A stretch of DNA of 64,000 nucleotides from Magallana gigas (lineage: Eukaryota): contig NC_088857.1 of the NCBI RefSeq assembly GCF_963853765.1, forward strand, positions 1,240,001-1,304,000, written 5' to 3'. The position numbers were made by a program, and so were the translations under genes. Shown one piece after another: positions 37,066-46,827 of the stretch (position 1 is the stretch's first letter; each line of letters starts with the position of its first letter). The notes beneath the pieces are model-generated. The model had not been told where the DNA came from. It ran no database searches and was given only the letters and a program-made list of their open reading frames with translations.

Positions 37066-37554
37066 GTACATTCGAAAATCGGTTCATGTTGTTTTTTTTT
37101 ACATCAAGATCGATAACTCTTCTCAATAATCAGTTTCATACATTTACGCCCAAGATGACACGCAATAATTCAAACTGTGATATCGAAAGCTACTAACAAA
37201 GCAATGACAAAATGATTGCCCAGTTAAAGGTATATTTATTGGATTTTTAAAACAACTATCGCTGAAATCTCACTAACACGAGTAGACCTATACCAAACAC
37301 GTGACCTGTTACAAAACAAACAAAAACTTACGATTCTTTACTTGTTTGCGCTGATAAAACAAAACGCAGGGAATACGTAATGCTGGAGTTTGTCAAACCA
37401 TATATCTATGTTGTTATTCTTCTTTCAATTTCACATTCTTTAATCGATGTTCAATCAAATAAAGGGAATGCACAATCTAGTAACTTTCCGATGTGACGCA
37501 GCTTTCTCGACCTTCACCTTCAACGGTTGTTTGCAGGTGTCACTACAGTATTAT

Positions 37555-37925
37555 ATAAATAGTGCCTGTTTGGGAGGGTAACAGTTGAAATTGACACCCC
37601 GAGAAAACCATTGTCAACCGACGCGAAGCGGAGGTTGACAATGGTTTTCGAGGGGTGTCAATTTCAACTGTTATCCTCCCAAACAGGCACTATTTATTTT
37701 GTTATACTGAATGTCCTTTTTAAAATTTTTAAGGAAATTTTACTGCTTTTATATAGGAATAACGTGAATTCTACAGCGAACCGTACGCGCATAATTTTCG
37801 CGCATGTAACATTTTTTAATGTTACCCGTTGCCAAGTGCGTTGCTAACGCTGAGGGTAATAGTAAATATTATTAACTGCGTCTTAACCAATCAGATTTCA
37901 GTATTTAACATGAAAGTATAACAAT
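37555..37925. mobile_element. Central-palindrome non-autonomous element (Crypton-like by structure; family not confirmed)
   Basis: About 65-bp arms 37555-37619 and 37633-37697 around GACGCGAAGCGGA. The right part is homologous to 11190-11471. Confidence 0.6.
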
Positions 37926-39079
37926 AAATTTTACTATATATTCTTACCAAAATTGCACAACTTTACATACAGATTAAAAATTCAAAACGAACTTCTGGAA
38001 AAAATCCTCTTGACATCTTTTTAAACAACGCTTCATTTACAATTTTCTAGCAAAATACACACGTGCATCCAGCAAGGCGTGAGACTTTGTTTACCTCGAA
38101 GTTACACATGTGCTTGAAAATCAAGCCCGGGCCTTTTCACCCCCCTCCGGAAACAACACGCATCAAAAATTCAAATGACCTCGCATTATTACAAAAATGG
38201 GATAGTTAGACCTCTTACACATTGTTTTTCAGCTCATAAAAAAAATCAGCTCCTGTCGCGTGCGGAAACGCCCCGAATTCAAAGGAAAATTCGGGAATTA
38301 TTTCGGCTCAGCCATGTTTTGACGTGAACCTTCAGTGAAATACTGTTATGACACCTGCACAGTGAATCGTACGATAATTATTTCGAGTAAAACAAACATG
38401 TTTGTGTTTGATACGCAAATTACAGTTTATCATAAATTAATTACATTCGTTTTTTAATCAATAAAATTATATCTTCATACTTGAAATCTTTACAAACTCT
38501 TCATTCAATATGTCCAATGCAATATATGATCCAATATTATGTACGTGTTGTTCGATCATTCATAAAAATAACCAATCTCCGACAATTAGACTCGGCTTAA
38601 TATTGCGATTTATGCTTTTACCAGCACAGTCTTCGTTAACTATAATGAGTTTTCATTAATTTTCACCAATAAATTTTTTTACAAAATCTGCATTCAGTGA
38701 TGTACGGGGTGATTTATGTTCGATTATTCGATTATTTAACAACTAATTTAAATAATTTGCAACGATTAGGCTTTTGCGATTTGAATATGCTTTTACCAAA
38801 TTTCAGAAACGACTATCAATCGCTTTTTGCTGTTAAATCGGGATCTATGTCTTCCACCTGCTTCGTTTTTCTTTTTATTCCAGCAGAGAAATTGTTCATT
38901 TTTCTCAAATTAGAAGCACATATTCAACATTCATGATCAGTCAAATTAAAGAAATCGTTTTAATTCACACTATAATTAACTATTTACAACCAGGGTTTGG
39001 TTTAATGACCAGTATCAATTGTTTACAGTAAGAGTTAGTTTCGTTGAGAATTGTACACTATTTTCTTAAAGCTTACCTG

Positions 39080-39440
39080 CGGAATAAAAAATTCCGGAAA
39101 AATCGATTTTTAAACCCCGATATCTCAGCAATGCGTCGTTCAATTTTAAAAAGAATTTCAGTTTCGTTTTAGGTTTTATAAACTCTATTATATGCAGTTA
39201 ATGTTATTATTTGCACAAAAAATTGAAATTTTCGATAATTTAAAATCACTTCCGGTTTCAACCGGAAGTCACGAAATGCAATTTTTAGTTGAAATGCCAT
39301 TAGCAAATCGGTACTTTTACATTCACAGAAAATTTCAAGTCTTTATGAATAACCATTTAAGAGAAAAGTTGTGGACAAAATCACTTTTTGAAAATTTTGA
39401 AAATGACGTAACTAGAAAACGGAAGTGATGTAACTTATGA
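39080..39440. repeat. Subterminal direct repeat B, homologous to 21360-21720
   Basis: See repeat A. Same motif order and spacing (168 and 157-158 bp). Confidence 0.85.
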
Positions 39441-39689
39441 AAGTTTAATACTTTTGAGGGACAACAATCGTCCATACTCCCAGAAAATTTCATGCAAATC
39501 GGTTTAAAAGTTTTTGAGATATAAAGCCAAAACGGAGTCAGAAGGAAAAACAAGAAGAATAATAATAATAAAAAAAAACAATAGAATAACAAGAGGGTCT
39601 TCCGTTGAAAACGGAAGACCCTAATAAGTTACAACTATTTGATTTCGCAATCTTCCTTAAATTTTCTTTAGAATTTACAAAAAGATATT

Positions 39690-39880
39690 ACAAATTTTGG
39701 AGTAATTTTTTTGTGAACAAGATTTTTATTAAACATATTTTTCAATATAAATTCCTTTAGTGAAATTCAACCTCCAATCCTATCTCCTATTGTTGCCTCA
39801 CCAAACTCCCGGAATTCATTATTTGAACAAACTTGAATCTACATAATCTAAAAATGCTCCCACACAAGTTACAGATCTTG
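39690..39880 (+). repeat. Degenerate oyster Cg170-like satellite monomer
   Basis: TTTGAACAAACTTGAATCTACA...ATGCTCCCACACAAGTT matches my recollection of the ~166-bp Crassostrea satellite. Not verified by search. Confidence 0.55.
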
Positions 39881-40277
39881 TAGATTTATATCTAAGGATG
39901 ACGTTTACTCAGAATATAAAAAAGATCCACTGATGATAATGAAAAACCAACTATTGGGTGTTATAGACCTTACATGGTAGTGTTATTCTTCATTTTCAAA
40001 TAATTAGGTCAATGACCTACTTTTTGAGTTAATGGCCATTGAATATTTTTTGAAAATTTAAGAAAAATGCATAAAAATTTTACACTATGATTAAGATTTT
40101 CTTAATTGTGAAAATAATACAAATTGCTTAACTGTTTAACAAATGAAATACAGTATATGAATGGTAGTGACATTAAATGGATATGTAACATAAATGGTAA
40201 ATGAAAATGGGTGATGAGTACCGAGAGACACTCTGAAGTCGCTAACGCCCGATTCTTTGATTGTTCCGAGTATCTCA

Positions 40278-40367
40278 GATCACGTGATCAAAGGGTATAA
40301 ATACGAGATGCCGTGAGTCAGCAGTCAGTCGCAGTGTAGACGCTGAAGTGAATACTTCAAGGTAAGC
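40278..40367 (+). promoter_or_regulatory. LTR core promoter and splice donor
   Basis: GATCACGTGATC (E-box palindrome) 40278-40289; TATAAATA 40296-40303; TGAGTCA 40314-40320; Inr TCAGTC 40325-40330 (A is 31 nt after the TATA T); AAG|GTAAGC donor with GT at 40362. Confidence 0.7.
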
Positions 40368-40670
40368 TTATTGTTCGTAAGTCAATATTGCTCAGCGATT
40401 TGCAGAACAATAATACTGGCGTATAGAAGCAACTTGTCTTCGTGAGCGTTGCTTAGATTCAGCGAGTTGACATTTGTTATCAGTTACGAGGGTGCTTCGT
40501 GGGGTTGCTTTGAAGTGACCGACAGAAGCGACGGGTTGTTTGAAGCGACCGATATAAGCGACGGGTCGCTTGAAGTGACTGATAGAAGCGACGGGGTGTG
40601 TCGGAGCGACGCATAGAGTTCGGCTACGGCCCATATATTCAAGTATATATAATTAATTGAGTTTTGAATC

Positions 40671-40676
40671 AATAAA
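40671..40676 (+). terminator. LTR polyadenylation signal (functional copy expected at 47334-47339)
   Basis: AATAAA in both LTRs. Confidence 0.55.
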
Positions 40677-40806
40677 AGCTAGGCAAGCGATAAGGAAAAT
40701 TATTATATATCTTAAACAATTATCATAAAAATCAAACACCTCAGCAAGGTATCTGAGGGGACCCATTATAAATATTAGCGTGTTTAGGCAGACACGTTAC
40801 AAAATT

Positions 40807-40824
40807 TGGCGCCCAACGTGGGGC
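40807..40824 (+). promoter_or_regulatory. Primer-binding site complementary to tRNA-Lys(CUU) (Lys1,2)
   Basis: TGGCGCCCAACGTGGGGC, the 18-nt Lys1,2 PBS known from several retroviruses, 5 nt after the LTR. Confidence 0.9.
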
Positions 40825-40892
40825 CACGTTTGATTGTATGATTTTTGTCCATTAAAGTTTTTAAATAATAATCTCGTGTTTTTATTGTAAAA

Positions 40893-43800
40893 ATGGCATT
40901 GGAAAATATTACCGAGGAAATACAGAGAATTGAAGCGGAGCTTGAGGAGCTTAACAGGACGACGTTTGAACACTCGATGAAACTTAGAGAAGATATGAAA
41001 CAGCAGACCTCGACTCCAGCACATCAAACTGTTCGGAAAAGCGACTCTGGAATTATGTCTGAAGGTCCAACAGAAATCAGATTCAAAAGAAGAGAATATA
41101 ACCAAATGTATGACCCTGAATATCCAGAGGATCTCGATTTAACGGCATCGCCGAGGTTTCGTGAGAAGAATCGAATAGAAGTAAGGGAAAATGAACCGCG
41201 AATTACTGTCAGGCGACAACGACCGCTTGAAGCGCCCACAGAAAAAGATGAGGGAGGATATAAAAACCCCGATACTTCTTTTAAGAAGCCATCCAACTAT
41301 ATAAAGCCAGCGACATTTGATGGCAGCGCTTCGTGGCTAGATTACAAATCGCATTTTGAAGCGTGTGCAGCCTTGAATGGATGGACAGACAGGGAAAAAG
41401 GTCTCTACTTAGCAGTGTCCTTAAGAGGAAACGCCCAGGGAGTGTTAGGCAACCTTGCTGGCGAATTAGGTAGAAACTACAATGAACTCGTAAGGGCTTT
41501 AGAGGATCGCTTTGCACCTGCAAATCAAACAGAGCTATATAGAGTTCAATTGAGAGAACGTAGACAGAAAGCAACAGAGACGCTCCCAGAATTGGGCCAG
41601 ACAATAAGGAGATTGGCACATTTAGCTTATCCAACGGCACCGAATGACGTGAGGGAAACGCTCGCAAAGGAACAATTCATTGATGCTTTGGTGGATGCGG
41701 ATATGCGCCTTAGAATCAAACAGGCCAGACCACAGAGTCTAAACGATGCAATAAGGCTTGCAGTAGAGTTAGAGGCTTTCATAAAGTCAGATTTCGGGAG
41801 AATAGAACAGAAGTCACACTTGCGTGTGGCTAATGGTGACTCCTCCAGAAATGATGATGCCGACAACACCGATGAATTGACGAAGTGTCTAAAAGGCTTA
41901 CAAAGCTCTTTGAATGAGCTTAAGTCGGAAATACGAGAAATGAGAAAGCCTGATGATTCAAGGCGATCAGCCCAAAATGGCAGTAAGCAAAGACACTTGC
42001 CGAAAACAATAAAATGTTACAATTGCCATGAAGAAGGACACATAAGCAGACAATGTCCATCAAAGCAAAAGAATAGAAAACGTCCAGTAGAAAGCAACTA
42101 TGGTCCTAAAGCGCCACGTCCTGCATCAGTTAGTGCAGCAAAAACTAGACCAGAGGAAGAAGTTAAGCAACCTTCAGTGGCATTTAATAGACCGAGTGAG
42201 GCCGGAATGTATGCCGTTGTCTGCATAGGCGGAACTGAGATAAAAATGTTGGTAGATACAGGAGCAACTGTTACTTTGCTTTCGGAGAGAGCTTATAACA
42301 AAGTTCAACAATCAAATGGCACCTCTGCTATAGACAAAGTAAAGCAAGAGATTATGACCGCTGAAGGCAGATCTTTGAAGGTGTTAGGAAAGATCGTGGC
42401 CAATATTCAATTGGGTGATAGGGAATATCTTTCACAAATAGTAATATCAGACATTACTGTGGATGGAATCATTGGCTTAGATTTCATGACTGAACATAAA
42501 TGTTCGTTAGATATACCTAACAAGGTATTAAGCATCGGCGGAGAGAAACACTCGTTGTTGCTCGAAGGTACGCTAGGATGTTACAGAGTTGTTGCTTCAG
42601 AATCGTTCGTTGTTCCAGCTAGAAGTGAAATCGTCACAACTTGTGATGTGTGCGTGCCAGATGGGGTAAACCTTTGCAGTGGTTTGGGGATCGTAGAGCC
42701 AAAGGACTGTTTGATTACGACTAATAGAAGTCTGGTGGGGAGGACTTTAGTAAACAGTGAAACTAGAGTACCTGTTCGGTTTATGAATCTTTCACAAGAT
42801 CCTCAAACTATTTATAAAGGGACTAACATTGGACAACTTTGTCCAGTCGAAAAAGTGTTAGAGACTACAAAAGCGACCGACCACCAAATGACTTGGTCAA
42901 GGGAACTTGAAACTCTGAGTGAAGTCACGAAATACAGGTTGAATCAAGAGCAAAGAAAGTCAGTGGATAAGCTTATTGAGAACTATGCCTTTTTGTTTGC
43001 TAGTTCAGATAACGATCTCGGGAGAACAAACGTAGTCAAACATAAAATTGACACTGGAGATGCTCGTCCTATAAAGCAACCACCAAGGCGACTCCCAGTC
43101 CACATGAGGGAAGAGGCAGATAAATTAGTAGACGATATGCTACGGCGAAATGTCATAGAGCCGTCTTCGAGTCCCTGGGCCTCTGGGGTTGTTCTTGTCA
43201 AGAAGAAAGATGGTTCTACACGCTTCTGTGTAGATTACCGGCGTTTAAATTCGGCAACGTTAAAAGATGCGTACCCTTTGCCGCGCATCGATGACATGCT
43301 CGATAGCCTGAGCGGTGCGTCATGGTTTTTAACTCTCGATTTGTGCATGGGGTACTGGCAAGTAGAAATGGAGCCTGAGGATAAGCCGAAAACAGCCTTC
43401 GCGACAAGAAAAGGTTTATTTCAATTTCGGGTAATGCCGTTTGGTCTCTGCAATGCTGGAGCAACATTCGAGAGGCTTATGGAAACCGTACTTGCCGGGT
43501 TGAACTGGGAAATTTGTTTGATTTACTTAGATGATATTATTGTCATCAGCAAAACATTCGAAGAGATGGTAGAGAATCTTTCAAAAGTGTTTGGTCGGTT
43601 GGCTGGCGCTGGACTAAAATTGAAAGCGAAGAAGTGTTCTTTGTTCTCTAGGTCTGTAGAATATCTTGGGCATGTCATATCCGACAAAGGAATAACTACA
43701 GACAGCAAGAAAGTAGAGGTAATCAAAACAATGAAAGCACCAGCCAATGTCAGCGAACTTCGCTCATTCTTGGGCATATGCGGATATTACAGGAAGTTTG

Positions 43801-45899
43801 TTAAAAACTTTGCCGGTATTGCAAAACCCTTACACAAATTGACAGAGAAGAACAACACTGATTCTTTTACATGGAGTACAGATTGTCAAACTGCCTTCGA
43901 TCAATTGAAAACCGCCCTGATAAGCGCCCCAGTACTTGCACATCCCGACTTTAACAAGTCGTTTATATTGGACACCGACGCAAGTAATTTTGCAATGGGG
44001 GCTGTGTTATCACAGGTTCATGAAGGTAAAGAGAGGGTAATTGCTTATGCTAGCAAAGTTCTATCAAAGTCGGAAAGGCAATATTGTGTGACAAGGAAAG
44101 AACTCCTGGCTGTGGTGTATTTCACAAAGTATTTTAAGCATTACCTCTATGGGAGGAAATTCATTCTGCGGACAGATCATAGCTCATTAAGATGGTTGAC
44201 TACTTTCAAGAATCCCGAGGGTCAATTAGCTCGGTGGCTTGAAGTGTTGTCTACCTTCGATATGGAAATACAACACAGACCAGGAAAGCAACATCTGAAC
44301 GCAGACGCTTTAAGTCGTCTACCCTGTAGGCAATGCGGCTATGATATTGATGATGACAAAGAGCCGCATGTTCGAAGGGCAAAAGCAGATGGTAAAGATT
44401 TAGCTTTTGACGAACCTTACATAAAGACAATACAAGATAATGACAAAGAGCTTAAATTAGTCAAAGAATGGATGGGCAAGGAAAAGAAGCCAAAGTTTCG
44501 CGAGATCTCTAGTCAAAGCGTATTTTTACGCTCACTATGGTCACAGTTAGATATACTTACTATAGAGAACAATTTGGTTTGCAGACGAGTAAAAGACACG
44601 GACACAGGATTAGAGAATTTACAAGTTGTTGTACCTATGTCGGAAAGGAGGCGCATCTTGCTGGATTGTCATGACAAAAGAACAGCGGGTCACTTGGGGA
44701 TAAATAAAACGATAGCTAGGATACGAAGTAAGTTTTATTGGCCCGGCCTGAACAAGGATGTTCGAAAATACGTGAACGGTTGCGAGGTTTGTGGGAAAAG
44801 AAAACCTTCGTTCGCTGGACAGAGAGCGCCGATGCAGATTGTGCAGAGTGGGTTTCCAATGGATAGGTTAGCAACGGACATAATGGGTGAATTGCCCGTG
44901 ACAGATTCAGGGAATAAGTATATTCTCGTGGTATCCGATTATTTTACTCGTTGGACTGAATGTTTCGCTATGCCGAACATGGAGGCTAAAACAGTGGCCC
45001 AGATAATAGTGGAGGAGGTTATAGTAAGATTGGGGGTACCATACACTATCCATTCGGACCAAGGGCGTCAGTATGAGAGTGAACTGTTTAAGGAGGTATG
45101 CAACCTTTTGCAAGTAGAGAAAACTCATACTACACCTTACCATCCACAATCCGATGGTATGGTGGAACGGTTTAACAGAACACTGGAGGCCATGTTAAGT
45201 TCATGTGTAAACCAAAACCACACCGATTGGGACAAGCAGCTACCATACCTCATGATGGCGTACAGATCGGCGGAACACGATACTACTGGGTTCAGTCCAA
45301 ATTACCTTATGCTCGGTAGAGAAGCAACGACCCCGTTAGATCTCGTATACGAAATGGAAGTGCAACGAAAACCTATTCCACAAAATCGATGGGCGTGGTT
45401 GCTCCAAGAGAGACTGGAGCAAGCTCATCGCATCGTACGAGAAAACACAAAAGCAGAAATGTTGCGACAGAAGCGTTACCACGACAGAAAGTTAAAGTGG
45501 CAGATATTTTCCCCCGGAGATAAAGTTTACGTTTATTTTCCGCGAAGAAAATTAGGTACATCGCCGAAACTAACAAGCTTTTGGCAGGGCCCGTTTTTGG
45601 TCCTCGAAAAGTGCTCGGAATGCACGTACAAAGTTTCGTGTGGAAGCAAAGGTTCTCCTCAAGTGATACATGTAGATAGAATGAGGTTGGTTAAGTCTCA
45701 GATTTTGACTAATGAAGAGGAGGTCCCTAAGTTAGAGTCAAATTTCGATGAAAGAGAATCTGGTGATCAGATAGATGATGAAAATGATAACAAGTTGGGT
45801 TTAATTAATATTGAAGCTGAACAAGAGTTACCGCAAAGATCTGTTAGAAACAGACGCGCTCCTGCTTATTTGTCAGACTATGTGTTAGGTTTTGATTAA
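40893..45899 (+). CDS. gag-pol: Gypsy Gag-Pol polyprotein, 1668 aa, single frame
   Basis: Gag KPATFDG..W; CCHC knuckle CYNCHEEGHISRQC; protease LVDTGA; RT RFCVDYR, MPFGL, YLDD; RNase H LDTDAS, KELLA, TDHSSL, NADALSR; integrase H-H-C-C, ATDI, SDQG, VERFN; GPF motif. Confidence 0.97.
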   Translation: MALENITEEIQRIEAELEELNRTTFEHSMKLREDMKQQTSTPAHQTVRKSDSGIMSEGPTEIRFKRREYNQMYDPEYPEDLDLTASPRFREKNRIEVRENEPRITVRRQRPLEAPTEKDEGGYKNPDTSFKKPSNYIKPATFDGSASWLDYKSHFEACAALNGWTDREKGLYLAVSLRGNAQGVLGNLAGELGRNYNELVRALEDRFAPANQTELYRVQLRERRQKATETLPELGQTIRRLAHLAYPTAPNDVRETLAKEQFIDALVDADMRLRIKQARPQSLNDAIRLAVELEAFIKSDFGRIEQKSHLRVANGDSSRNDDADNTDELTKCLKGLQSSLNELKSEIREMRKPDDSRRSAQNGSKQRHLPKTIKCYNCHEEGHISRQCPSKQKNRKRPVESNYGPKAPRPASVSAAKTRPEEEVKQPSVAFNRPSEAGMYAVVCIGGTEIKMLVDTGATVTLLSERAYNKVQQSNGTSAIDKVKQEIMTAEGRSLKVLGKIVANIQLGDREYLSQIVISDITVDGIIGLDFMTEHKCSLDIPNKVLSIGGEKHSLLLEGTLGCYRVVASESFVVPARSEIVTTCDVCVPDGVNLCSGLGIVEPKDCLITTNRSLVGRTLVNSETRVPVRFMNLSQDPQTIYKGTNIGQLCPVEKVLETTKATDHQMTWSRELETLSEVTKYRLNQEQRKSVDKLIENYAFLFASSDNDLGRTNVVKHKIDTGDARPIKQPPRRLPVHMREEADKLVDDMLRRNVIEPSSSPWASGVVLVKKKDGSTRFCVDYRRLNSATLKDAYPLPRIDDMLDSLSGASWFLTLDLCMGYWQVEMEPEDKPKTAFATRKGLFQFRVMPFGLCNAGATFERLMETVLAGLNWEICLIYLDDIIVISKTFEEMVENLSKVFGRLAGAGLKLKAKKCSLFSRSVEYLGHVISDKGITTDSKKVEVIKTMKAPANVSELRSFLGICGYYRKFVKNFAGIAKPLHKLTEKNNTDSFTWSTDCQTAFDQLKTALISAPVLAHPDFNKSFILDTDASNFAMGAVLSQVHEGKERVIAYASKVLSKSERQYCVTRKELLAVVYFTKYFKHYLYGRKFILRTDHSSLRWLTTFKNPEGQLARWLEVLSTFDMEIQHRPGKQHLNADALSRLPCRQCGYDIDDDKEPHVRRAKADGKDLAFDEPYIKTIQDNDKELKLVKEWMGKEKKPKFREISSQSVFLRSLWSQLDILTIENNLVCRRVKDTDTGLENLQVVVPMSERRRILLDCHDKRTAGHLGINKTIARIRSKFYWPGLNKDVRKYVNGCEVCGKRKPSFAGQRAPMQIVQSGFPMDRLATDIMGELPVTDSGNKYILVVSDYFTRWTECFAMPNMEAKTVAQIIVEEVIVRLGVPYTIHSDQGRQYESELFKEVCNLLQVEKTHTTPYHPQSDGMVERFNRTLEAMLSSCVNQNHTDWDKQLPYLMMAYRSAEHDTTGFSPNYLMLGREATTPLDLVYEMEVQRKPIPQNRWAWLLQERLEQAHRIVRENTKAEMLRQKRYHDRKLKWQIFSPGDKVYVYFPRRKLGTSPKLTSFWQGPFLVLEKCSECTYKVSCGSKGSPQVIHVDRMRLVKSQILTNEEEVPKLESNFDERESGDQIDDENDNKLGLINIEAEQELPQRSVRNRRAPAYLSDYVLGFD

Positions 45900-45999
45900 T
45901 TTTGAATTGTTGTTTTATATGCCTGTGAGTTAAGAGTATTCATGTCTCGGACTAGTAAATATATTAAATTGGTTTTTGTATCCTTTCAGAACCAAACCC

Positions 46000-46665
46000 A
46001 TGGCTAATACCAAGTTAACTAAAGCGAAGCAACAGGAAGGATGTCCTTTCTGTGACAAGCCAGTAAACGAGCCTTGGCAAGATCATGTTATCTTATGCTC
46101 AGGCCAAAAACACAAATGTCTGACGTGTGGAGTTCGCTTTAAGAAGAACAGCTATCTTCTAAAACACATGAAGAGACACGCTCAACCAGCTACAGTAACG
46201 CCACCGGCGAAAAAGCAGAAGTTAAGTCCCTCTCAGTCTTTAGAGAAAGCCCCAGAAAGGATCGAACCCACACTCACTACACCAGGTTTAGAAGAGGATG
46301 ACAGCCCGAGTGAATGGGAAACGCAAGATCCTGGCAACCTGGAAGAAGTTCTATTGGGATCGTGTAGTGGGACAGATGAAGAGGAAGAGTCAATGGCAAA
46401 AGATGAAGACAATGATCTAGAAATCGGAAGAATAGTGAGGAAGAAAACTCAACCTGTCTTGTTCACTGGTCGCAGATCCGAAGAAACCAATCGAGATCAA
46501 AAAGTTCGTAACGAAAGTAGCAATCTGGGGCCATCTACAAGGGATGTAGCCGTGCAAACAGAACCAATTTTGTATGTACACTCCACGAAGAAAGTAACAA
46601 CCAAGTGGGAGAATGGAGTGAAAGTAAAGGTGATTGAGAAGAAAAAGAGCCTGAATAAGGTGTAG
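46000..46665 (+). CDS. Accessory 221-aa zinc-finger protein of the Gypsy element (C2HC + C2H2 fingers, NLS, acidic region)
   Basis: CPFC-x10-H-x3-C and canonical CLTCGVRFKKNSYLLKHMKRH; PPAKKQKL; D/E-rich middle. Acceptor TTTTTGTATCCTTTCAG ends at 45989 and is followed by CCCATGG. The ORF-track start at 45976 is a TTG inside the acceptor. Confidence 0.8.
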   Translation: MANTKLTKAKQQEGCPFCDKPVNEPWQDHVILCSGQKHKCLTCGVRFKKNSYLLKHMKRHAQPATVTPPAKKQKLSPSQSLEKAPERIEPTLTTPGLEEDDSPSEWETQDPGNLEEVLLGSCSGTDEEEESMAKDEDNDLEIGRIVRKKTQPVLFTGRRSEETNRDQKVRNESSNLGPSTRDVAVQTEPILYVHSTKKVTTKWENGVKVKVIEKKKSLNKV

Positions 46666-46827
46666 AGACAGTGGGTTTGTTGTACGAAAATGGTAGATAA
46701 CCATTTCTTGTTGTGGAAAACTTTTTGTTTAAATATATTGTTAAAGATAATCTACGATCATTGTAAATAAGAAAAATTGTATACACTGCTTGTTTGTTTT
46801 TATTCCTGGATTCAAGCGAGGACGCTT

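Larger units (their letters stand above)
20896..39627 (-). mobile_element. Full-length Helentron (Helitron2-type rolling-circle transposon), ~18.7 kb
   Basis: 5' end (right): 13-bp hairpin AGGGTCTTCCGTT-GAA-AACGGAAGACCCT at 39594-39622 followed by AATAA. 3' end (left): matching subTIR GGGTCTTCCGTT at 20929-20940 plus stem-loop CTCGTTGC-AAA-GCAACGAG at 20909-20927 and CTAG-T-run. Encloses the Rep/Hel/EN ORFs. Confidence 0.85.
40184..40801 (+). repeat. 5' LTR
   Basis: TGTAAC...GTTACA termini. Identical by eye to 46847-47464. Confidence 0.97.

Noticed and set aside
40392-40672. Antisense ORFs in the LTRs (80 and 62 aa, repeated at 47055-47335)
   Set aside because: They stay open because of the 30-bp repeat, have no recognisable domain, and recur only because the LTRs are identical.
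46000-46665. env gene
   Set aside because: No signal peptide, furin site or transmembrane segment; it has zinc fingers and an NLS instead.
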